A DNA stretch of 64,000 bases from an uncultured Muribaculaceae bacterium (GCA_964616485.1 CAZTRB010000005.1:11592-75591); one strand, 5' to 3'. Shown: positions 10,144 to 19,105, counted from the stretch's first letter. Notes: generated by a model not told the origin, from the sequence alone. Made by a program: numbers and translations.

Positions 10144-11592
10144 CTATTCTTTAATCCTTCTTTCTATTTTTTCAAAGATTCCCATATACCTAACATAAGC
10201 GTCTTTTTCCAAAGGAATCTCATAATACTTTTTAAGTTCTTTTAACTCTTCACTATTTATCGGGTTAAACTTATAGACTAGTTTTAAAGGGTTAGCTTTT
10301 ATCTCGATAGTATTTTGATTAGATTCTAACTGTTCTTTAATGTATTCTCCCCTAGTCTTCTCAAAATAAGATATTAACAAGAAAGAAGAGATATAATAAA
10401 TTACTAACAAGCTCGTTAATAAGACGACTCTCTTACTAACATTAAATTCTTTATTACTAACAAATATTGCTAAGGAACTAATTAAAAATAAAGTAAAGGC
10501 ATAATTATTACCAAAGTCCCACTCCTGTGATATAAGACTAAAAAGACTAACTGCAATCGAGAAGATAAATAAGACATTTATTAATCTCTTACTCTTTAAA
10601 TCTTTACTATAATAGTGAAGACTTCTAATCAATAAATAAAAATATAATAAGTAATAAAAAGCATAATACCAATTCTCTACTGCAAAGAAACCGTTATAAC
10701 GATTAATTACTAAAGTTAAAGATACTGGCGAATAGAAAGAGAAATTATAAATAAAAGAAAAATACAAGATGATATTAAATAAGACGATAAGTATTCTAGA
10801 GTAAATCCCTTTAAGTCTTTCCCCTAAATAAAAGTTAATCGGTATCGTCGACAATATTATTAATAATATATTTCTAGAAAAAGTATTTTCGATAAAATCG
10901 GGAATACTATTAAAGACATAGTTTATATCGAGAATAAAAATACTCTCTTTAAAGAAACTAAAGACGAATAATAAAGTCAAGAGATGAAAGATTACTACTA
11001 AGAGATACTTTTTATTATAATTACATATTAAGTAAAATATATTTGCTATAACAAAAGAAATAGCGATGAAGATAGACGAGGTAATAACATAACTACCGAG
11101 AAGTATCATCATGACATAATCACGATAGTTTCTCTCTTTATCTCTTATACTAAATAGACTATAGAAATATATAAAACCTAGTAATATCGGTATCGTATAA
11201 CTAAAAGCACCACTTACAGAGACGTAATTATAAGCAAACATATCGACGCTGACTAAAAGCATTAATAAAAATGTTATCACATACATAAACTTGTTCTTTA
11301 CTATTCCTAATAGAGTGTTGGTCCTAAAGACAAACATCGAAGTAACTATCGCTATTATCAGATTAAACCAAACTTTATTATAAGAGAATATATTAATAAA
11401 AAAACCACTTATTACTCTTCCGTCTAAAATAGAAGAATTTTCTAAATTATAAGCGATCCCCTCTTTACCTAAAGAAAAAAAAGCCCAATCTATTCCACCT
11501 AATGGAGATAAAAAAGCCACTATCAAAAAGAAGAAAAAGACATATGTCGTTAACTTATATTTATAATCTATCGTTTTAATTCTATCATTCAT
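10144..11592 (-). CDS. polytopic membrane protein (>=10 TM), putative GT-C glycosyltransferase or glycan polymerase partner of the GtrB-like enzyme
   Basis: Hydrophobic throughout, with a ~75-aa soluble C-terminal tail. Sits immediately next to the GtrB-like GT2 in the same operon. Confidence 0.5.
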   Translation of the reverse strand: MNDRIKTIDYKYKLTTYVFFFFLIVAFLSPLGGIDWAFFSLGKEGIAYNLENSSILDGRVISGFFINIFSYNKVWFNLIIAIVTSMFVFRTNTLLGIVKNKFMYVITFLLMLLVSVDMFAYNYVSVSGAFSYTIPILLGFIYFYSLFSIRDKERNYRDYVMMILLGSYVITSSIFIAISFVIANIFYLICNYNKKYLLVVIFHLLTLLFVFSFFKESIFILDINYVFNSIPDFIENTFSRNILLIILSTIPINFYLGERLKGIYSRILIVLFNIILYFSFIYNFSFYSPVSLTLVINRYNGFFAVENWYYAFYYLLYFYLLIRSLHYYSKDLKSKRLINVLFIFSIAVSLFSLISQEWDFGNNYAFTLFLISSLAIFVSNKEFNVSKRVVLLTSLLVIYYISSFLLISYFEKTRGEYIKEQLESNQNTIEIKANPLKLVYKFNPINSEELKELKKYYEIPLEKDAYVRYMGIFEKIERRIKE

Positions 11593-11600
11593 AAAGTCTC

Positions 11601-12080
11601 CTATAACTTATCTATGTAATCCTCTATTAATTTTACCATATTTTTAGTATTACTCTCATACTTTTTAGGTTTAAAAGTCTTAGCTTTTTCTAAAGTCTTA
11701 GAAAGTTTATTAAGATCTTTAAGAGGAAGTATATATTTCTTAGAACTTAATTGTTCGATAATCTCTAATTGATGATCGTTATCATGCTCTTTAAACTTCT
11801 TTAGTCTAGGAGCAGCTATTACAACTTTATTATATTCTAATCCCTGTAAGATAGAACCTACTCCACCATGAGTAATTAATAAACTACAATCTTTAATCAT
11901 CTTAGCAAACTCTTCACGAGAAATAAAATCAAAGATTTTCATATTAGGACTCTCATACTTAGTATGACCTGCTTGGACAATTACTTCTTCTTTAATAGTT
12001 CCTTTCTTTATCTCTCTATCTATTTGCTCTAATAAACGTTTAAACTCTTTATCTTGAGTTCCAAGAGTAACTAATATCAT
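11601..12080 (-). CDS. Alg13-like glycosyltransferase subunit (GT28 C-terminal domain; Cps14G/EpsF-type)
   Basis: MILVTLGTQ ... THGGVGSI motifs. Start ATG 12080 overlaps the Alg14-like stop (TAATG), and a G-rich RBS lies upstream. The ORF-track GTG extension is not used. Confidence 0.75.
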   Translation of the reverse strand: MILVTLGTQDKEFKRLLEQIDREIKKGTIKEEVIVQAGHTKYESPNMKIFDFISREEFAKMIKDCSLLITHGGVGSILQGLEYNKVVIAAPRLKKFKEHDNDHQLEIIEQLSSKKYILPLKDLNKLSKTLEKAKTFKPKKYESNTKNMVKLIEDYIDKL

Positions 12081-12550
12081 TAGTAAATCCACCCCCCATA
12101 AACCGCTTTAGGATAAAGTTTTAACATACTCTCCCATTGAACGATAAATAAATCGGCAAAGAGATAGATTAACCTTCCCGTAATCGTCTTACTCTTACTA
12201 TTAGCAAGCGTCTCGATATAAATAATCTTACTACCGAATATTTTACCGACACAACACATTGGTCCTGCCGTATGAGCACCAGTAGTTATGATTACTTTAG
12301 GTCTAATCTTAAAGTAAAGAAAGAGACTCTTAAAAGAATTATATATTAACTTAAAGGGATAAGTTAATAAATGAGCCTTAGTTCCATAGACTAAATACTT
12401 TACTTTTCCCGGATATTTATCTTTTAAAGTCATATTAGATTTAGTCTTTTCTGTTATTATATAGTGATCATATTTCTCAAACATCGAAGACAACTTCATC
12501 ATCTCAGATAAATGACCACCAGTAGAAGATATAAATAAAACCTTTTTCAT
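12080..12550 (-). CDS. Alg14-like glycosyltransferase membrane-anchoring subunit (Cps14F-type)
   Basis: VLFISSTGGHLSEMMKL motif. Translationally coupled to the Alg13-like gene. Confidence 0.7.
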   Translation of the reverse strand: MKKVLFISSTGGHLSEMMKLSSMFEKYDHYIITEKTKSNMTLKDKYPGKVKYLVYGTKAHLLTYPFKLIYNSFKSLFLYFKIRPKVIITTGAHTAGPMCCVGKIFGSKIIYIETLANSKSKTITGRLIYLFADLFIVQWESMLKLYPKAVYGGWIY

Positions 12551-12557
12551 AAACCAC

Positions 12558-13772
12558 CTATTTTAGTATTTTAAACCAATCTTTCTCTATATTTTTAGCT
12601 AAGTACTTTTGAGATATTTTAAGATTCTCTTTACTTAGTTTTTCTCTATACTTATTATCTTTTAAAATAAGAACGATTTTTTCTTTTAAAAGGCTTAAGT
12701 CTCTATTAGGTATCAAAACATCACTATTATCTTCTAAGACTTCACATATTCCCTTAGCACTATCGAAACCAATAACAGGAAGTCCATAACTAGCAGCTTC
12801 GATTACGACTAAACCGAAAGACTCCGAGAATGATGTAGTTACGAAAAGAGAACTATCTAACATATACTTTTCTATCTTATCTTTAGATAAAAATCCGAGT
12901 AATTCGACATTATCATTTAAAGATAATTTCTTAATTTGTTTCTCTAAATTACTTCTTTCAGACCCATCACCGATTAGGTAAAGCTTAATATTAGGTATAT
13001 TTTCTCTAACCAAAGATAATACTTCTAAAAGGTCAGAGTGTCCTTTTTCTAGAGATAATCTTCCGACATTGATTATGTTATTTGTCTTTAATAGAGATTT
13101 TTTCTTCGGCAATTCGTCTAAGACATTGGGTATATAAAGACACTCTACATTCGTCTTATCTTTATAAAAGTCTCTGAGTTCTCTAGATACTAAGATAAAA
13201 TAAGAAAATCCTTTAATAGAAGATACTAACTTTCTAACATATTTTTTATCGTTATTATGATAGTTGTGATCGGTAACAATTTTTACAATATGTCTATTAC
13301 CATAAGTAGATACTAATCTATTATGGAAGGTCCTAGTAGTAATTACATACTTGCTATTTATTTTAATAATAGCATTAATATTTAAAAGACTTTTTTTAAA
13401 TAAGAGAACAAGAGCTATATATGCTTGTTTTAATATACCAAAGATATTCTTATTAGTTAATTCTTTTTTAAACTCTTCTCTATTAGGTTTAGAATCAATT
13501 AAATATTTTATCTTAATCTTCTTATCAAAATAAAACGCGGGTTGTTCTAGCAACTTATAAGTAGTTATAATCTCTATCTCAAACTTTTTATCTAGCATCT
13601 TACAAAGAGAAGACAAGTACTTTTCGATACCACCATATCCTAAATGAAGAGCTAATATCGTTATCTTATTTTCTTTTAGTTTTCTCTTGTTATATTTTAA
13701 AATTAAAAACACTAAAAATAAGATAATAACAAAAGACAATAATACTAATAACAGTTGCAATATATCACACAC
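12558..13772 (-). CDS. GT4-family (GT-B) glycosyltransferase with an N-terminal TM helix
   Basis: GRLSLEKGHSDLLEV ... ESFGLVVIEAASYGLPVIGFD (the E-x7-E region). Confidence 0.8.
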   Translation of the reverse strand: MCDILQLLLVLLSFVIILFLVFLILKYNKRKLKENKITILALHLGYGGIEKYLSSLCKMLDKKFEIEIITTYKLLEQPAFYFDKKIKIKYLIDSKPNREEFKKELTNKNIFGILKQAYIALVLLFKKSLLNINAIIKINSKYVITTRTFHNRLVSTYGNRHIVKIVTDHNYHNNDKKYVRKLVSSIKGFSYFILVSRELRDFYKDKTNVECLYIPNVLDELPKKKSLLKTNNIINVGRLSLEKGHSDLLEVLSLVRENIPNIKLYLIGDGSERSNLEKQIKKLSLNDNVELLGFLSKDKIEKYMLDSSLFVTTSFSESFGLVVIEAASYGLPVIGFDSAKGICEVLEDNSDVLIPNRDLSLLKEKIVLILKDNKYREKLSKENLKISQKYLAKNIEKDWFKILK

Positions 13773-13812
13773 TTTCTAAGTATAGTTTATCACTTTTAGA
13801 AGAATAATAAAA

Positions 13813-13847
13813 TAGCAAGAAAAAAGATATCTTTTTCAAGATATCTT
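13813..13847 (-). terminator. rho-independent terminator of the giant prepilin-like gene (overlaps its stop codon)
   Basis: Two copies of the palindrome aagatatctt separated by tttc (13824-13847), preceded on plus by an A-run 13816-13823. Confidence 0.6.
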
Positions 13848-16800
13848 ATCCCCAATTTTCACAACCACAAGCTGCTGTTCTACAAGAATTATTTCCTCCT
13901 ACACAAGTACTATAAGTGTATAGACAATTATTCCATCCACATGCACTATGTTGACAATAATAGTATCCGGCACATCCACAGCAATCATTATAACAGGTTG
14001 CAGCTTCCTCACCAGAAACACAACATGTTGTCGAAGTTTTATACCATGTTTGGCCACCCGAACTAGGTTTGCTACTTGCACACTTAGTTCCGCACCCATA
14101 ACCTCCTGTGTTTTGGTAACATTCATAGATATTTCCTTTAGTTTTACAATATGTTCCGCAACAAGAGTAACTAGTACATCTTTTATTTCCAGTACATCCG
14201 CATCCGGCAGTATAACAAGAATTATATCCTCCAACACAAACGGACGGGTTACCTGTTAAACAAGAATTCCATCCACAATTAGCATGTTGACAACTCTTAT
14301 TGGTAACACAACTCGATGTTATAGAACAAGTTCCTGTATTACCCGCTCCATCTGTAACCGTGTATGTCTTTGTACCTTTAACATTTGAATCATTATATGT
14401 AGCTGGAGATACTCCACTTGCATTATCAGAAGTTGTAACTTTTACGGTTATTCCATTAGCTCCATTCGCTGTTTTAACAGCAGTACAAGTAGGATTAACT
14501 GTATCTCTTTTTATCGTAAATACATTAGATGCAGCAGATGCATTACCTGCATTGTCAATTGATCTTACATAGAAATTCCAATTCCCATCCCAGTTTATCG
14601 TCCATGGATTTGACATTGCTGTCCAATTTGCAGCATCATGACTATACTGATAACTAGCAATTCCAGAACCAGTTCCGTCCGAAGATGATGCAGTTATTAC
14701 AACATTAGATTTTGTCCAAGTGCCTGAAGTATAAGAACCTAGATTGATCGTTGGTTTTGAAGGTTTTGTTGCATCTCTCTTTATTGTTACGACATTTGAA
14801 TTATCACTTATGTTACCAGATTTATCTATAGCCCTTACATAAACGTTCGTAGATATATCTGAACTAATTGTCCATGGATTCGACATCGTCGTCCATCCCG
14901 ACGTCCCATTAGTACTATATTCATATCTATCTAAGTTAGTATCCGATGAACTCGCTGTTATGACAATATTTTGATTTGACCATGTATTAGATGTATATGT
15001 AGTACCATCTGCTTTTTTCAAGGTTAAAGTTGGTTTCGACGGTTTCGTCGCATCTCTTTTAACATTAAAGACGTTTGACACATCACTTATATTACCAGCA
15101 CCATCAGTAGACCTTACATAGTAATTACTTTCGACATCTGTACTAATTGTCCATGGATTTGCCATATTTGTCCATCCTGAAGTTCCATTAACACTATATT
15201 CATATTTACTTATTCCTGAAATATTATCAGTTGAACTTGCCGTTACGACTACATTGCCAGAGGTCCATGTCCCTGAAGTATAAGAACCTAAATTGATCGT
15301 CGGTTTCGATGGTTTAGTAGCATCCCTTTTGATAACTACGGCATTAGATACATCACTAACATTTCCTGAGGAATCGATTGCTCTTACATAGATGTTTGTC
15401 GAAGTATCCCAGTTAATCGTCCATGGATTTGTCATAGCCATCCATCCCGATGTTCCGGTCGTACTATATTGATATCCAGCTAAGTTATCATCAGTTGAAC
15501 TTGCTGTAATGATTATATTTTGATTTGACCATGTATTAGATGTATAAGTAGAATTGTCTGCTTTCTTCATTGTCAATGTTGGTTTTGATGGTTTCGTCGC
15601 ATCTCTTCTAACAATAAATGGATTTGAATTATCACTTACGTTACCAGCACCATCAGTCGATCTGACATAGTAAGTTTTATCGGTATCGAAGTTTATCGTC
15701 CATGGATTTGACATCGTCGTCCATCCTGAAGTTCCATTGTTACTATATTCGTATTTGCTTATTCCCGAAATATTATCAGTTGAACTTGCCGTTACGACGA
15801 CATTACCAGAAGTCCATGTACCAGAAGTATACGAACCTAGATTAATCGTCGGCTTCGATGGTTTAGTACCATCTATTTTTACCGTTTGGTTGTTCGGACA
15901 AGTAACACAGTTTCCTGCTCTATCACAAACCTCGCCCGGTCCAGCCGTCGTCGTATTTATATCACTAGTATAAGGTTTAGTAATTGTCGTATTTACACAA
16001 CCACTACCACTATCACTACAAGTACCAATTATATTTACAGTCGTCTTACTCCATGCAGAACTTCCACCACTACTTACACAAGTTGGTTTCGTCGTATCGA
16101 TCGTATCGACGACTACCGCTTTATTAGTAACATGTCCAGCTTGGTCCTTAACCCACACATAATATGTACCATTATCAGAAGCTATATTTGGAACACCAAT
16201 TCCAAAACTAGTTCTTGCCGATATAGCGGTAAATGTCGGTTGTGTCGTCGAACTCTTATTTATACCGTAACCGATTATTCCTGAATTAGTATCTGTTCCG
16301 GTAAATACTATCGTTCCGTTAAGTCCGTCTTGACCAGTATCGATTATCGTCGAGTACGCTACATCCCAACTTACTGAAGTACCAGAACCCGTCAAGTAAA
16401 CGTGTCCGAAAGTCGAGAACGTTCCCGAACTACCCGCTTTTTGAATATAGATATATTCTGCCCAATCTCCAGTTCCAGCTTGTGGAGTGATCCAGTAGAC
16501 GCTTGAACCTGTACCGGTAGAATTAGAAGCTCTTTGAATAGTATACCCAACTGGTATCTTTGCAATTATTCTATGAGCATATACAGCATTAGCTCTCGAA
16601 GTTACAGTTTGAACATAACCTCCTAATCCAGGAGAACTGACACCATTTGTCGTTATTCTCATAACGTATGAACCATATGGGTTAGATTGAGCTACTCTAG
16701 CGTGAGTAACAGTACCATTTCCACTATTATTATATACGCTAAAGTTATTTGTCCCAGAAGCAAACGTCGGATCTTTGAATAACGGAGTCCCTGATATTGC

Positions 16801-18897
16801 TTCTGATATAACCGGAGCATTTTTATCTATTCTTACGATTTGGTCAGCCTGGCAAGTAGTACAGTTTCCTGCATTATCACAAACTTGTCCAGGTGATTCA
16901 TTAGTCGAATTTATATTAGAAGTATATGTTTTCGTTACCGTCGAATTCACACAACCACTATCAGCGTCATTACACGTTCCAGTAATCGTGACATTCGTCG
17001 TTTTCCATGTAGCGCTTCCACCACTATTTATACATGTTGGTGGTTCGTTATCGGCAGTTATCGTTTGGTGATACCATCCGCCACTATTTGGCGATTGAGT
17101 TATGACGTTACCAGCATTATCAACTAGTCTCGTATAAACGGTATATACTCCTCCAGGTAAACTAACAACGTGTTTATTTTGTCCAGTAATAGATGTAATG
17201 CCACCTACAGCAACACCGTTTCTTTCCATCTTGACTTGGAACTCTTTAATACCACTCAAATTATCAGCAACCGTAATTGTCAACGTTTGATTAGCACTAT
17301 ATACTCCCGTTAATAAGCTATAACTTGCAGTAGGAGCCGTCTTGTCGATTCTAGAAATCGTTACTGATGAAGGATCAGATGATAAACCGACAACGTTTCT
17401 CGTACGAACTTGAGCATTCGTTACATTTGACGAATAAATATTATAATTTGTCGATTGCCAAGAAGCGCCATCATTAAACGAATACTCAGTCGTTCTAACT
17501 AATCCAGCTCTTGGAATCAAGTTAACTTTTACATTGTTCTTAGTCCAGATACCTGGAGAAGCAGCGACTAAATCAATTCTAGAAACATTGTAAGATACAC
17601 CACTTAGTGCTCCTAAAACTAATCTAAAGTTAGAGTATTGTCCAACCGAAGGTAAAATAAACTCTATGTCTCTAGTACCTTGAATCATTAATGCTGATAC
17701 TGAGAGTTCATTCCCATTTTGATCTTTAAAGTAGACTCTACCCGTCGTCGTCGTTGGAATATTAGTATTTAAAGTCACAGTTAATTTCTTAATACCATTA
17801 AATGTCGGATACGAAGCAGTACCAAACGTTATAACTGGGTTTGTCGTAGTCGTCGTTAGTATTGTACCCGCTAAATTTAACCCCGAAAGAGTATATTCAT
17901 ATTGGTTAGGGAACAATTGATATGCATACTCAACATCAAATTCTGGTTTTGGAACACCCACTCTTACGTCGATTGAACAAATCCCCTCATTACCCGCTTC
18001 GTCTTTAACATAACCTACGACTGTCGTAAGTCCCATATCTAATTTAAGACTATCTTTTTTATTATAATCAATATTCTTTATACTAGTACCAAGTCCATAA
18101 GTTAAAAGTCCACTATCAGCATCATCTTTAGTATCGAACTTAACATAAACGTCTCCCGAATACCACCCTAACGCTTCTAAGTTTCCGCCATCTCTAATAA
18201 GTGTACAAGTTGGAGGAGTCTTATCGACATATACTTTTACCGGACAACTAGTTTGATTTCCACTCTTATCAACTATATTAATAAAACTCTCAGTAGTAGT
18301 CGTACCAAATGTCTTAGAGAATCTAGCTAAACGACAACCACTAGTTTGGTCACTACAACCAACACTAATTGTTCTATTTTCCTTAGTCCATGTAGTAGAT
18401 TCACCTATGACACTACCACATACCGGATTATCATTATCAGATTCATACTTAGAACAAGCCGAACCTTCAGTAGAATAATTTTCACAATACAAACACGCTC
18501 TATATTCGTAGTCACCACTAACTTTGCTTACCTCAACATAACTAAGTAAACTATTACAAAATCCATCTGTTTCCGGATCTTTTAATTCATCAGAGTAACC
18601 TTTTTCAATAACATCACTCAAATAGACAATAGATCTATCTCCATCGCCTGGTAAATTACAAGTGTAATCATTATTAGCAATACAATCAACAACCATGTTA
18701 TTCGTAGCTGTTTGCATATTCTTTTCATAAGCTAAATAAGTATTATCCTTACTACTTCCAATATAATTAGAAATAGCCGGAACTGTAATGATTGCCAATA
18801 TAGCAATTATCACGATAACGGCGATTACTTCTATTAAAGTAAACCCTTTCTTTTTCTTGGCTTTTTCCAAAATTTTACTAACAGTTTTCTTTCGCAT
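13846..18897 (-). CDS. giant modular type IV pilin-like protein (~1683 aa): class III signal peptide, cysteine-containing HYR/Ig-like modules, five tandem Ig-like repeats and a cysteine-rich C-terminal domain
   Basis: MRKKTVSKILEKAKKKKG|FTLIEVIAVIVIIAILAIITVPAI is a canonical prepilin leader, with Gly at -1, Phe at +1, Glu at +5 and a ~21-residue hydrophobic helix. AAGGAG RBS 8 nt before ATG 18897. The ORF-track upstream extension is translation of the promoter. Repeats of ~88-95 aa begin DATKPSKPT. The last ~160 aa contain about 34 Cys. Confidence 0.8.
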   Translation of the reverse strand: MRKKTVSKILEKAKKKKGFTLIEVIAVIVIIAILAIITVPAISNYIGSSKDNTYLAYEKNMQTATNNMVVDCIANNDYTCNLPGDGDRSIVYLSDVIEKGYSDELKDPETDGFCNSLLSYVEVSKVSGDYEYRACLYCENYSTEGSACSKYESDNDNPVCGSVIGESTTWTKENRTISVGCSDQTSGCRLARFSKTFGTTTTESFINIVDKSGNQTSCPVKVYVDKTPPTCTLIRDGGNLEALGWYSGDVYVKFDTKDDADSGLLTYGLGTSIKNIDYNKKDSLKLDMGLTTVVGYVKDEAGNEGICSIDVRVGVPKPEFDVEYAYQLFPNQYEYTLSGLNLAGTILTTTTTNPVITFGTASYPTFNGIKKLTVTLNTNIPTTTTGRVYFKDQNGNELSVSALMIQGTRDIEFILPSVGQYSNFRLVLGALSGVSYNVSRIDLVAASPGIWTKNNVKVNLIPRAGLVRTTEYSFNDGASWQSTNYNIYSSNVTNAQVRTRNVVGLSSDPSSVTISRIDKTAPTASYSLLTGVYSANQTLTITVADNLSGIKEFQVKMERNGVAVGGITSITGQNKHVVSLPGGVYTVYTRLVDNAGNVITQSPNSGGWYHQTITADNEPPTCINSGGSATWKTTNVTITGTCNDADSGCVNSTVTKTYTSNINSTNESPGQVCDNAGNCTTCQADQIVRIDKNAPVISEAISGTPLFKDPTFASGTNNFSVYNNSGNGTVTHARVAQSNPYGSYVMRITTNGVSSPGLGGYVQTVTSRANAVYAHRIIAKIPVGYTIQRASNSTGTGSSVYWITPQAGTGDWAEYIYIQKAGSSGTFSTFGHVYLTGSGTSVSWDVAYSTIIDTGQDGLNGTIVFTGTDTNSGIIGYGINKSSTTQPTFTAISARTSFGIGVPNIASDNGTYYVWVKDQAGHVTNKAVVVDTIDTTKPTCVSSGGSSAWSKTTVNIIGTCSDSGSGCVNTTITKPYTSDINTTTAGPGEVCDRAGNCVTCPNNQTVKIDGTKPSKPTINLGSYTSGTWTSGNVVVTASSTDNISGISKYEYSNNGTSGWTTMSNPWTINFDTDKTYYVRSTDGAGNVSDNSNPFIVRRDATKPSKPTLTMKKADNSTYTSNTWSNQNIIITASSTDDNLAGYQYSTTGTSGWMAMTNPWTINWDTSTNIYVRAIDSSGNVSDVSNAVVIKRDATKPSKPTINLGSYTSGTWTSGNVVVTASSTDNISGISKYEYSVNGTSGWTNMANPWTISTDVESNYYVRSTDGAGNISDVSNVFNVKRDATKPSKPTLTLKKADGTTYTSNTWSNQNIVITASSSDTNLDRYEYSTNGTSGWTTMSNPWTISSDISTNVYVRAIDKSGNISDNSNVVTIKRDATKPSKPTINLGSYTSGTWTKSNVVITASSSDGTGSGIASYQYSHDAANWTAMSNPWTINWDGNWNFYVRSIDNAGNASAASNVFTIKRDTVNPTCTAVKTANGANGITVKVTTSDNASGVSPATYNDSNVKGTKTYTVTDGAGNTGTCSITSSCVTNKSCQHANCGWNSCLTGNPSVCVGGYNSCYTAGCGCTGNKRCTSYSCCGTYCKTKGNIYECYQNTGGYGCGTKCASSKPSSGGQTWYKTSTTCCVSGEEAATCYNDCCGCAGYYYCQHSACGWNNCLYTYSTCVGGNNSCRTAACGCENWG
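14500..15870 (-). repeat. five tandem ~265-285 bp intragenic repeats (alternating two subtypes) encoding Ig-like modules
   Basis: Recurring ...ggtttcgatggtttagtagcatc... blocks at about 15834, 15571, 15290, 15036 and 14741. Protein repeats are TKPSKPTINLGSYTSGTWT.../TKPSKPTLTxKKAD... Confidence 0.8.
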
Positions 18898-18931
18898 AAT
18901 AAAGCTCCTTGTATTATCTTTTATATATAAC

Positions 18932-18960
18932 ATTTTAATATCTTTATACATAATAGTCAA
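18932..18960 (-). promoter_or_regulatory. sigma-A-type promoter of the prepilin-like gene (TTGACT-17-TAAAAT)
   Basis: Reverse complement of agtcaa at 18955-18960 gives the -35. Reverse complement of atttta at 18932-18937 gives the -10. The spacer is 17 nt. Confidence 0.5.
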
Positions 18961-19043
18961 GAAAGATTTAGTCGTTAAATCTTTTAGTTTTTTGTAAAAA
19001 GTTGTCTAATTCCTTATAAATTATGTAAAACTTTCCTAGCAAG

Positions 19044-19072
19044 TAGACACTATATACAATATATTATATAAT
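19044..19072 (+). promoter_or_regulatory. sigma-A-type promoter of the dockerin-hydrolase gene (TAGACA-17-TATAAT), divergent from the pilin-like gene
   Basis: tagaca at 19044-19049, a 17-nt spacer, tataat at 19067-19072. Confidence 0.5.
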
Positions 19073-19105
19073 TATATTACTAATAATGGCATGGAGGTGT
19101 AACAA

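Noticed and set aside
12080-12092. ORF-track GTG start at 12092 for the Alg13-like gene (13-nt overlap with the Alg14-like gene)
   Set aside because: ATG at 12080 overlaps the upstream stop as TAATG, with a G-rich RBS correctly spaced. This classic translational coupling is a better explanation.
13899-14572. Several 90-130-aa ORFs on both strands inside the giant pilin-like gene (13899..14237 -, 13948..14259 +, 14300..14572 +, 15737..16284 +, 16775..17071 +, 18346..18549 +)
   Set aside because: They fall entirely within a long, well-supported CDS whose sequence shows domain repeats and sensible composition. Alternative-frame ORFs are expected in Ser/Thr/Gly-rich repetitive DNA, and none has an RBS.
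18898-18960. ORF-track N-terminal extension MTIMYKDIKMLYIKDNTRSFI of the pilin-like protein
   Set aside because: It is translation of the promoter region (TTGACT-17-TAAAAT). The AAGGAG RBS and class III signal peptide begin at ATG 18897.
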